A stretch of DNA of 36,003 nucleotides from Desulfobacterales bacterium. GTDB lineage: Bacteria > Desulfobacterota > Desulfobacteria > Desulfobacterales > JAHEIW01. The stretch lies in contig JASFGZ010000002.1 of NCBI GenBank assembly GCA_050123495.1, positions 1 through 36,003 of the forward strand, given 5' to 3'. Below are positions 16,516 through 24,408 of this stretch, one piece after another. The position numbers and the translations under genes are program-made. Numbering within the stretch: position 1 is the stretch's first letter; each line of letters begins with the position of its first letter. Under the pieces are notes generated by a model. It had not been told where the DNA came from and ran no database searches. It worked only from the letters and a program-made list of their open reading frames with translations.

Positions 16516-18564
16516 TTAAATGCTTTCATCAGCAAGCACAGTCCTTTTTTGAGGACTGTAAAATAGTTGTATTAAGGCAGCACCCACAAGGACAAATAAA
16601 CCTGCTATGTTGGCCCAGTATTCCGGCCAAAAGAGCCCGAAGGCGGCCAAACCAAAAAGAACGGTCTCTAACCAGGTGGCACGACGCAGAAAGTAGCGGT
16701 CCAGTGCGGAAGCAAAGGCTAACAGCCCAAATGTCGTCATAATCATGGTCAGCCCCACTTCCCAGTGAAACAATTCATAATTTTTACCCATACCTAAAAG
16801 CGGTCTGTAAGCCATTACAATCGGAATGATATAAAGCCCCTTGGCAAGCTTCCATGAAGTGAAGGCGGTTTGCATGGGATTGGCCCCTGCTACGCCCGCG
16901 CCTGCAAAACTTGCCAGACTTACCGGAGGCGTTACGTTGGCATCCTGTGAATACCAGAACACAATCATATGCGCGACCATTATGGGCACTCCCATATCCA
17001 AAAGGGCGGGACCGGCCAGTGTGGCCAGGACGATATAACTGGCCGTAACAGGTAGTCCCATACCAAGCACCAGCGATGCGGCGCCGATCAAAAGAATCGC
17101 AAGAACCTTAATCCCATAGCTAAGATCCAGAACCAAACTTGAGAATTTAAGCCCCATACCGGTGAGGGTAACCATACCGACGATTATACCTGCTGCTGCG
17201 CAGGCCGAAGAGACCATTATGGCATTTTTCGCTCCTTTTTCAAGCGCCAGAATAATCAGTTTAAACTCATTAAGACCGAATCTGCCCAATCCGATGCGCT
17301 CTGAATGGTCTCGGGGGAGGCGATTCGTATTTACCGCCCATCGGACAGTGTTGGCAATCAAGCTTATGGCCAGTGTACTCATTACCGCAACAAATCCGGC
17401 CATCATGGGCGAGTAGTTTTCTACGAGTACATAAATCAATATCCCTAAGGGGATGATGAAGTGCAGCCCCTCTTTGATTACGCTCATAATCCGTGGCAAA
17501 CTCTCTTTGGGTTGTCCCTTCAGCCCAAACTTCTGCGCTTCATAGTGTACGAATACAAGCACTGTGAAGTAATACATTATAGCCGGAACCAGGGCTACTT
17601 TTATGATGGTAAGGTAGCTGGTATCTGTGAACTCGGCCATTAAGAATGCGCCGGCTCCCATGATAGGCGGCATCATCTGACCGCCGGTTGATGCAGCAGC
17701 CTCGATAGCGCCTGCGACATGGGGCCTGTACCCGACTTTTTTCATCATGGGAATTGTAAAGGAACCGGTGGCCACCACATTACCCACTGCTGAGCCTGAA
17801 ACCGAACCCATAAACCCGGAAGCGACTACGGAGGTCTTGGCAGGACCACCTGAAAAGCGGCCTGTGAGTGAATAGGCCAGATTAATAAAGAAGGCACCTC
17901 CGCCGGTCGTCTCCAGAATTGCACCGAAGAGGACAAAAACAAAGACAAATGTAGCAGCCACTCCAATGGGCAGTCCAAAAATTCCTTCTGTGGTGAGCCA
18001 TAACGTGGTGGCAATGCGCTCGATGCTGTAGCCCTTGTGAATTATCAGTTCCGGCAAGTAAGGCCCGTACATGGCGTACAAAATAGCTGCCACGCATACA
18101 CCGGCCATAAACAGGCCGATCAATCGGCGGCAGGCCTCCAGGACCAGAACGGTGCCGATTATGCTGACGATCAAATCACTTTTCAACCAGTCCCCCTGGC
18201 GCTCAAATATTGCGGTGAGATTATAGCAAATGTAAAAAGTGCAATAAACTGATGCACAAACCAGCGCCCAGTCAAAAAAGAGCCAAAAATTGAACTTATC
18301 CTTACGGGCCTTTTTATGAGCGGGTCTGAGCAAAAAAGTCAGGCACAAGATGGCACCCAGGTGGATGGAACGTTGCACCATTGCGGTAAGAGCGGCAATC
18401 CCGGCAGTGTATATCTGGTATATGCTTAAGCTGACAGCCAGTACCATAACCACACGGGCTGTCATATCTACAAGCGCCTGGTTGCGATCCGCCGGGACCG
18501 CGTTTTTTGTCGACGTCGCTGCTGCTTCTTCGGTTCGGTTCGCAGGCATATCTTTTTCAGACAT
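16516..18564 (-). CDS. TRAP transporter fused permease (second copy)
   Basis: Polytopic protein carrying SGSAVGNVVATGSFTIPMMKKVGY. I prefer the ATG at 18564, which has GGGAGG upstream, over the TTG at 18576. Confidence 0.9.
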   Translation of the reverse strand: MSEKDMPANRTEEAAATSTKNAVPADRNQALVDMTARVVMVLAVSLSIYQIYTAGIAALTAMVQRSIHLGAILCLTFLLRPAHKKARKDKFNFWLFFDWALVCASVYCTFYICYNLTAIFERQGDWLKSDLIVSIIGTVLVLEACRRLIGLFMAGVCVAAILYAMYGPYLPELIIHKGYSIERIATTLWLTTEGIFGLPIGVAATFVFVFVLFGAILETTGGGAFFINLAYSLTGRFSGGPAKTSVVASGFMGSVSGSAVGNVVATGSFTIPMMKKVGYRPHVAGAIEAAASTGGQMMPPIMGAGAFLMAEFTDTSYLTIIKVALVPAIMYYFTVLVFVHYEAQKFGLKGQPKESLPRIMSVIKEGLHFIIPLGILIYVLVENYSPMMAGFVAVMSTLAISLIANTVRWAVNTNRLPRDHSERIGLGRFGLNEFKLIILALEKGAKNAIMVSSACAAAGIIVGMVTLTGMGLKFSSLVLDLSYGIKVLAILLIGAASLVLGMGLPVTASYIVLATLAGPALLDMGVPIMVAHMIVFWYSQDANVTPPVSLASFAGAGVAGANPMQTAFTSWKLAKGLYIIPIVMAYRPLLGMGKNYELFHWEVGLTMIMTTFGLLAFASALDRYFLRRATWLETVLFGLAAFGLFWPEYWANIAGLFVLVGAALIQLFYSPQKRTVLADESI

Positions 18565-18617
18565 ATCGCCTCCCAATTGCCGGAAACCCTTTTAATAATG
18601 CTTGGTCTTGCCGAGAT

Positions 18618-19157
18618 TCAAGGTTTCACAGGAGTCGCCGAATGGGGAATGATATAACGCCAGAGCCGGTGCAGCATGCTCACAGGTTTTGCAGAAAACC
18701 GCACAGCTTCATGCGGAACCACAGCAGAAAGGTTTTTCCTTATGCCGCGCCATATAATTGTATGATCTACACCGGGGCTTCCGACTCTAAGTATAAAATT
18801 TCCGGTCGGTAGATGCATATTTTCGATTACTTCATATGGTCCCCGCCGCACCATCCGTCCCGCACCCGGCATACGGCCCATGCCGGCCCCGAATTTCAAA
18901 TAGCGCTCCTCCTCAATGTAAATACGCCCATTTTCATCCAGACTGTGCTCTTCCCATATGGGCGCATTTTCGACTGAGTGATAGTAGTGCAAAGTAAAGC
19001 GCTCGCCAGCTTTAAGGGGCAAAACCAAAAGCGGCTTGCCCGTTTCTACAAGTGTTAGCTGCAGTTCCAAGCCGCCCGGCATAAAACAGGCAACCAAAAG
19101 TAATAAAAAGACCGGGCCGGTAATAAAAAAGAATATAAATCTGCCCGGCCTGGTCAA
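18618..19157 (-). CDS. DUF1850-like small membrane-anchored protein typical of TAXI-TRAP operons
   Basis: 179 aa with one N-terminal TM segment. It sits between the TAXI receptor and fused permease genes. TTG start with AAGGTG upstream. The family name comes from memory of this gene context. Confidence 0.6.
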   Translation of the reverse strand: MTRPGRFIFFFITGPVFLLLLVACFMPGGLELQLTLVETGKPLLVLPLKAGERFTLHYYHSVENAPIWEEHSLDENGRIYIEEERYLKFGAGMGRMPGAGRMVRRGPYEVIENMHLPTGNFILRVGSPGVDHTIIWRGIRKNLSAVVPHEAVRFSAKPVSMLHRLWRYIIPHSATPVKP

Positions 19158-19168
19158 TGTTTCACCTT

Positions 19169-20152
19169 TTACGGAATCAGATTTGCAGGGACCGTTATAC
19201 CCTTTTCTTTCAGATACTTAATCGTGCCCGGATGCAGCGGAATGGGTGAGTACTTAACCGCGTTTTCAGGGGTCGTGTATGAAGCCGATGGATGAATCTT
19301 GAGCAGATAGTCCTGGTGCTCATAAAGCGCTTTAGCCAGTTTATAAACCAAATCCGTTTTCAGAGACGCCTGGCAGATCATCACATTCCATACCCCGATG
19401 GTGGGGACAGCCTTATCCACACCCCGGTAGACACCGCCGGCCAGATCCACGGCTGAATATTCTTTATTGACGGCCAGGATTTTCTTTTGCTGTTCGGGAG
19501 TAAAATTAATAATGTGTATATCATGCGTGGTGGCCAGATCCAGTATGGAACTCGTTCCGGGTCCCACGGACCATACCCCCACTTCGATGGTGCCGTCTCG
19601 CAACGCATTGGCACTTTCGGTAAAGGACAGGCGGCTGTCTTTGTAAGAATCCAGCGGAATGCCCAGGGCCTTGAACACGGTTTCGGCCATAAAGTTAGTG
19701 CCGCTGCCCGGGCTTCCGGAACTGATATTTTTGCCCTGTACCTCTTCAATATTGGTTATTCCGGACTTTTTGAGCGTAACGACCTGCAGCAGGTTGGGAT
19801 ACATAATGGCCAAAGACAGGATGTTGTGTTTTTTACCCTTAAATTTGGACAGACCTTCAAGGCCGGCCACAGCGACGTCGCCCATGACTTCCCCGATAAC
19901 GGTTTCGCCTTTGTGGGCCAGTTTGACGTTTTCCACACTGGCTCCGGTAACCTCGGCCACCGCTTTGATACCGGGGGCATACTTGGTCCAGATTTCAGCG
20001 ACGCCCCCGCCATAGGGGTAGTAGATGCCACCGGTTCCACCGGTTCCGATCGAAATAAACTCGGTACGGGCCAGAGCCGGTCCGGTTAGCAATAAAATGG
20101 GAATTAATACAAAAATGCCTGCCAGGACACAGTTCATACGCAGCTTTTTCAT
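19169..20152 (-). CDS. TAXI-family TRAP solute-binding protein
   Basis: Canonical GTGGTGGIYYPYGGG motif and a signal peptide. I prefer the ATG at 20152, with AGGAGG 9 nt upstream, over the ORF-track start at 20185. Confidence 0.9.
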   Translation of the reverse strand: MKKLRMNCVLAGIFVLIPILLLTGPALARTEFISIGTGGTGGIYYPYGGGVAEIWTKYAPGIKAVAEVTGASVENVKLAHKGETVIGEVMGDVAVAGLEGLSKFKGKKHNILSLAIMYPNLLQVVTLKKSGITNIEEVQGKNISSGSPGSGTNFMAETVFKALGIPLDSYKDSRLSFTESANALRDGTIEVGVWSVGPGTSSILDLATTHDIHIINFTPEQQKKILAVNKEYSAVDLAGGVYRGVDKAVPTIGVWNVMICQASLKTDLVYKLAKALYEHQDYLLKIHPSASYTTPENAVKYSPIPLHPGTIKYLKEKGITVPANLIP

Positions 20153-20215
20153 CTTAAACACCCTCCTTAACAATCTGGTAAACATTTATTTACAGTTTCA
20201 ATATACAGACTTTAC

Positions 20216-20635
20216 CTAGTCCATCTCCATCGTTGTGACAACAACCAAAATATCCTTGGACATCTTATTGGTTTTAATAAAGGGGATTTTGACTGTTTCG
20301 GTCTTGCCGGGTGCGACCACCGGCGGTTTGCCTTTGCGAGGCACATAATGACCGGCGGCTTTGCTCATATCCTCCAGCCAGATGTTTAACCGATAGCGCA
20401 ACGGCGTATCGGTGGGATTTTGAAGTCCGACGGTAAAAATCAATGAGGGTTGGCCGCCATGTTTGCCCAGCGCACAGTCAAACTGTGTCAGCTTGACATC
20501 ATCGGTTACATCCCATTTGATGCTGGCATCACAATTGGTCTTCTCAGGTGCGCCTTTGCCCGCGCAGCCGGCAAGCCAGACACCCAGCGCCAGAAACAAA
20601 ATCAGAATTGGAACCGCTTTTATCAGTCTCTTCAT
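20216..20635 (-). CDS. Small lipoprotein of unknown function, first gene of the TAXI-TRAP unit
   Basis: Lipobox LAGC follows a hydrophobic N-terminus. The ATG at 20635 has GGAGG 7 nt upstream. No family recognised. Confidence 0.6.
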   Translation of the reverse strand: MKRLIKAVPILILFLALGVWLAGCAGKGAPEKTNCDASIKWDVTDDVKLTQFDCALGKHGGQPSLIFTVGLQNPTDTPLRYRLNIWLEDMSKAAGHYVPRKGKPPVVAPGKTETVKIPFIKTNKMSKDILVVVTTMEMD

Positions 20636-20692
20636 CCTCAAACCTCCTTTTCTAATAAGTTAATGAGTCTGTCGATGCCATGTTTAAAATAC

Positions 20693-20724
20693 AAAACCCC
20701 GATCTCCGATCGAGAAAGGGGTTT
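20693..20724 (-). terminator. Intrinsic-terminator-like hairpin between the DUF401-like gene and the lipoprotein/TRAP genes
   Basis: The minus strand reads AAACCCC-TTTCTCGATCGGAGATC-GGGGTTTTGTATTTT. Confidence 0.6.
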
Positions 20725-20962
20725 CTAATGCATTTAAATCATAGCACATTTGCCCATCGCAAAATCCAGAATCTATTGGTTATCAGTAACAATTTTTGCT
20801 CAAACAGACTTTCAATAACAGTAAAATGGCAGGAAAGTCAAGCGTGCAGGTAAAGGCTGTCAGGTGTAAATCATCAATTATGGGCAATTTGCCAAATTTT
20901 TCCAAGGAAAGTTGTTTAGAAAAGGCAATGTGTGCTGGCGACAATTTAGAATGTTGATGTTT

Positions 20963-22258
20963 TTACATCCAGGGGTGCAGCCAATGAAGGACAGCGAAGT
21001 AAATAATGCTGGCAGCGATCTGCAAGGCGCAGGGCCACCACAGGTGTTTATAGACAGACTCAATGGCTACTCCGAAATGTTCGTTGGATAGGAGGAAACA
21101 CAGATGGAGCGGTGAAAGCAGGACTCCTGTAAAGCCGCAGGCCAATATCAGCATAACATAGGCGGGAAGAAACGCGGCCTCACCAAACGAATGAATCAGC
21201 GGTATCAATATGGGAAGGGCACTGCCCACAAAAGCGATGACAATACCACTGGAAATGCCCACCAGAAACGGAAATGCGACAGTAATCAGCACCAGCGGAA
21301 CGCGCATTTGCACCAGTTCCTGGCCAACAGCAACGGCGGCATTGCTGTTGGCCAGAATCCCCTTGAAAATCAATATGGCCGCGATCATGTAAATCATTTT
21401 AAGAAGCCGGAGATTCAGCAGCGTTGACCAAATCCGGCTTTTAGATAAGCCGTTTTCATACCAGACCCACCCGATAGCCATACACAGCGCCAGAATCAGC
21501 CCGAATTGTTTGGGAATCGGGAAGGCTGGAAACGCGTTTGAAAAGACCATGCCCATGGCAAGGCCCGGCACGATGGCGATGATGATGGGCACCAGTTCTT
21601 TAAGGAAGGGTTTCAAAGGCGCGGGCCGGTTGCTTGTCCTGACTTCTCTGAGTCCTTCTGAGTTTTTTATCGCCCGATAACCCAGCCAGACCGCAATGAT
21701 TGTAAATGGACACATCAAAAGCATAATAAATGGCAGGCTGAGATCTGTTAAGACGATGGTCAGCAGGATACCCGGATACAGGGGCCACCAGTGCTCCCAG
21801 ATATGGCGGAACCAGTAATTTACAAAGCTCAGCTGGGCACCGGAAAGTTTGGATTGCCTTCCCAGTTCTTTGACCATGGGAGCGGAAAAGGCCGCACCAC
21901 CCGGCATGGGCAAAAGGCCGATAAGTGCTGGAAAAATAGCCAGATTCAGGCGGGGGCTTGAAACCAGGCCTCGAAATTTTTCCAGAAGGCGTTGCATCTG
22001 ACCCGCTATTTCCATGCTGTTGGAAAGGATTAAAATGAGTGAGACAATGCCGGCAATCGATAAGGTCTTGGGGTCTAAAATGGATGCGACCATAGATTTT
22101 AGCATCGCCGGCGGTTTGAACCCAAATAAGGCGCCTAAACAGATGGCGCCCAGTAGAAAAACATTGCCCAGAGAAATTTTTTTTCTTATGCAAACCAGCA
22201 TAAGGATAAAGACCATTATCACCCTGACGATAGCAGGGATATGTTCAATTATTGACAT
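20963..22258 (-). CDS. Polytopic membrane protein, DUF401-like putative ion/organic-anion transporter
   Basis: 431 aa with at least 10 hydrophobic segments. The LPMPGGAAFSAPMV motif is one I associate with DUF401. The family name is less certain than the CDS call. Confidence 0.75.
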   Translation of the reverse strand: MSIIEHIPAIVRVIMVFILMLVCIRKKISLGNVFLLGAICLGALFGFKPPAMLKSMVASILDPKTLSIAGIVSLILILSNSMEIAGQMQRLLEKFRGLVSSPRLNLAIFPALIGLLPMPGGAAFSAPMVKELGRQSKLSGAQLSFVNYWFRHIWEHWWPLYPGILLTIVLTDLSLPFIMLLMCPFTIIAVWLGYRAIKNSEGLREVRTSNRPAPLKPFLKELVPIIIAIVPGLAMGMVFSNAFPAFPIPKQFGLILALCMAIGWVWYENGLSKSRIWSTLLNLRLLKMIYMIAAILIFKGILANSNAAVAVGQELVQMRVPLVLITVAFPFLVGISSGIVIAFVGSALPILIPLIHSFGEAAFLPAYVMLILACGFTGVLLSPLHLCFLLSNEHFGVAIESVYKHLWWPCALQIAASIIYFAVLHWLHPWM

Positions 22259-22490
22259 TTCGTTTCATCTCAAAATGTTGCCGAAGCTGTTCTGGCGCTC
22301 CCGGGTCGCCTTTGATAAAGCAAATAGCAAATAGTTTGGATTGGATCAAGGCAGCAAAATCCATTCGTGGCGGTTACCGGCTGCTGGCACCTGGCGGATA
22401 GCCTGAGGTCATTGAGCGCCTTTTCAAGTTTTTTGTTTTGCAGATTCCCTCAAAAACAGTGAACTGTACGAAGTTTAAGTCTCATTTTAC

Positions 22491-22519
22491 TTGACACCGA
22501 CAGCAACTATATGTACATA
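22491..22519 (+). promoter_or_regulatory. Candidate sigma70 promoter with an overlapping perfect palindrome (possible GntR operator)
   Basis: TTGACA (22491-22496), 17-nt spacer, TACATA (22514-22519). The palindrome TATGTACATA (22510-22519) has a GT/AC core. The element lies about 80 nt upstream of the citE-like ATG. Confidence 0.4.
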
Positions 22520-22596
22520 GTCGACAATCGACTAAATTTAGCGTATTCGATCAGATAATTGGAATACGAAACCAAATCCCAAAGGGACATCTTTCG

Positions 22597-23481
22597 ATGA
22601 AGCCATTTGATTTTATACGAACCGCACTTTTTGTTCCGGGCAACCGTCCGGATCGCGTGGACAAGGCAGTCGATACGGCTGCCGATGTTGTCATTATCGA
22701 TCTCGAAGACGCCGTGCCCTATTCACAAAAAAAAGAAACACGGCCTGTTGTTCGGGAAAAGATTCTGGATTATCCGGAGCGTCCGGTTTTTGTGCGCATA
22801 AATGCTGTGGATACAGAATTTTTTCAGGAAGACCTCAATGAGGTGGTGGTCGAAGGGCTCGCCTGTATCATTGTTCCAAAAATCGAGGCGGCTGCGCAAA
22901 TTCAGGAAATCAATCAGGTGTTGCTAAAAGCCGAGGAAATTAAAGGGTTGCGGCCGGGGAGCGTTTCAATCATACCCTTGATTGAATCGGCCCTGGCGGT
23001 TGAGAACGTTTTGCAAATCGTGTCGCAAAGAACCGATCCGCAGAGACTTTTTACGGTTGCTTTTGGTGCGGCCGATTTCGCCTTGGACATGGGATTTGCA
23101 ATCACCAAAACCGGGGAGGAGCTTTTTTATCCGCGGTCGAGGATTGCGGTTGCCTGTCGCGCGGCCGGTGTGGCGCCGCCCCTGGACACGCCTTTTATGA
23201 TCGATCTCAAGGACCTCGCAGCCCTTGAAGCCGACACCAAACGCGCCTGCCAGCTTGGATTTCAGGGCAAACTGTGTATTCATCCCAACCAGGTGGACAT
23301 CTGTAACCGGCTATTTTCTCCGACAAAAGGCGACATCGAATATGCCCGGAAAGTGATCCAAGCCTTTGATGCGGCTGAAGCCGACGGCACGGCCGCAATC
23401 CAACTGGAAGGCAAATTTATCGATTACGCCGTGGTGGAGCGCTCCAGGCGTATATTAAAGATTTCAGAATTAATATCTTAG
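22597..23481 (+). CDS. HpcH/HpaI aldolase / citrate lyase beta subunit (CitE)-like acyl-CoA lyase family protein
   Basis: LFVPGNRPDR, IIDLEDAV, PLIESA and FGAADF motifs in 294 aa. Confidence 0.85.
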   Translation: MKPFDFIRTALFVPGNRPDRVDKAVDTAADVVIIDLEDAVPYSQKKETRPVVREKILDYPERPVFVRINAVDTEFFQEDLNEVVVEGLACIIVPKIEAAAQIQEINQVLLKAEEIKGLRPGSVSIIPLIESALAVENVLQIVSQRTDPQRLFTVAFGAADFALDMGFAITKTGEELFYPRSRIAVACRAAGVAPPLDTPFMIDLKDLAALEADTKRACQLGFQGKLCIHPNQVDICNRLFSPTKGDIEYARKVIQAFDAAEADGTAAIQLEGKFIDYAVVERSRRILKISELIS

Positions 23482-23497
23482 CTTTGATCTGAAAAAG

Positions 23498-23580
23498 AGG
23501 TGATTCATTTATCACGAAAGCACGAAAATACGAAAACACGAAAAATTTTTAAAATTTCGTGCTTTTAATCTTTCGTGTTT
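23498..23580. repeat. Cluster of CACGAAA/TTTCGTG repeat units in inverted arrangement (REP-like intergenic element)
   Basis: (C/T)ACGAAA occurs at 23513, 23521, 23529 and 23537 with an 8-nt period. TTTCGTG occurs at 23555 and 23571. A GTGAT..ATCAC mini-hairpin precedes the cluster at 23499-23515. Confidence 0.6.
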
Positions 23581-23637
23581 TCATGACTGTTTTTAATTTT
23601 TAGACTTTGTTACCAACTTACTAGCCCGCAAAACAAT

Positions 23638-24408
23638 ATGAGCTCGGAAAAACTCGCCGGCAAAATTAAGAATCTAAATTTTCAGCCCCATGTTCTCGGA
23701 GAACAGGTTGCGCGCATTTTAACCGAGGCCATATTGGAAGGCGACCTGAAAGGCGGCGATCAGCTGGTAGAGGCTGAGCTGCAGAAGCAGTTCGGTATCA
23801 GCCGGTCTCCAGTCCGGGAAGCATTTCGGAATCTCGAAAAAAAGGGTTTAGTGGTCATCATTCCCCGGAGAGGCACATTTGTTAAACGCATCACACGCAA
23901 AGATATTGAAGAAAATTTTCCGGTCAGAGCCGTGCTTGAAGGACTGGCAGCCCGGGAAGCTTATCAAAAAATTGCAGGAGACGCCCTGGAGCAGATGTCG
24001 CAGGTGCTGGGGGAAATGGCAAAGGCTGTCAATGAAAATGACACCAAAGCGTATTGGCGGAGCCATATTGAATTTCACGACATTTTTATAAAGGCATCGG
24101 GCAATGACATCCTCATAAACACATTGAAAACTTTGAGGATCCACAGCCTGTGGTACCGGTTTTCCTATCAATACTACCAGGAAGATTTACCCAGATCTTT
24201 GGATGTGCACCAAAAGATCTTCAATCATTTCCGCAATCAGGATGCAGATCAAAAGGTGATTGGAAAATTGGTGCAAGAGCATATCCAGGTGGCCTACCGG
24301 CGTTTTTTAGCCTACCTGGATGAGCAAGACGTTGGAAGCCATGAGACAGAAGTCAGAAATCAGAAAACAGAAGATAGAAATCATAAGAATGATTACCCAT
24401 TTTTCTAA
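23638..24408 (+). CDS. GntR family transcriptional regulator, FadR/FCD subfamily
   Basis: N-terminal winged helix-turn-helix ELQKQFGISRSPVREAFRNLEKKGLV. FCD-type helical C-terminal domain HIEFHDIFIKASGND. An unusual ~30-aa charged tail follows. Confidence 0.85.
   Translation: MSSEKLAGKIKNLNFQPHVLGEQVARILTEAILEGDLKGGDQLVEAELQKQFGISRSPVREAFRNLEKKGLVVIIPRRGTFVKRITRKDIEENFPVRAVLEGLAAREAYQKIAGDALEQMSQVLGEMAKAVNENDTKAYWRSHIEFHDIFIKASGNDILINTLKTLRIHSLWYRFSYQYYQEDLPRSLDVHQKIFNHFRNQDADQKVIGKLVQEHIQVAYRRFLAYLDEQDVGSHETEVRNQKTEDRNHKNDYPFF
24347..24388 (+). repeat. Six tandem degenerate heptanucleotide repeats (CAGAAGT CAGAAAT CAGAAAA CAGAAGA TAGAAAT CATAAGA)
   Basis: Read directly from the sequence. 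The array ends at the ATG at 24389 and lies inside the 3' tail of gntR. Confidence 0.65.

Noticed and set aside
22400-22416. TGGCAC string (CTGCTGGCACCTGGCGGAT), considered as a sigma54 -24 element in the divergent region.
   Set aside because: There is no TTGC -12 element at the required 5-nt spacing.
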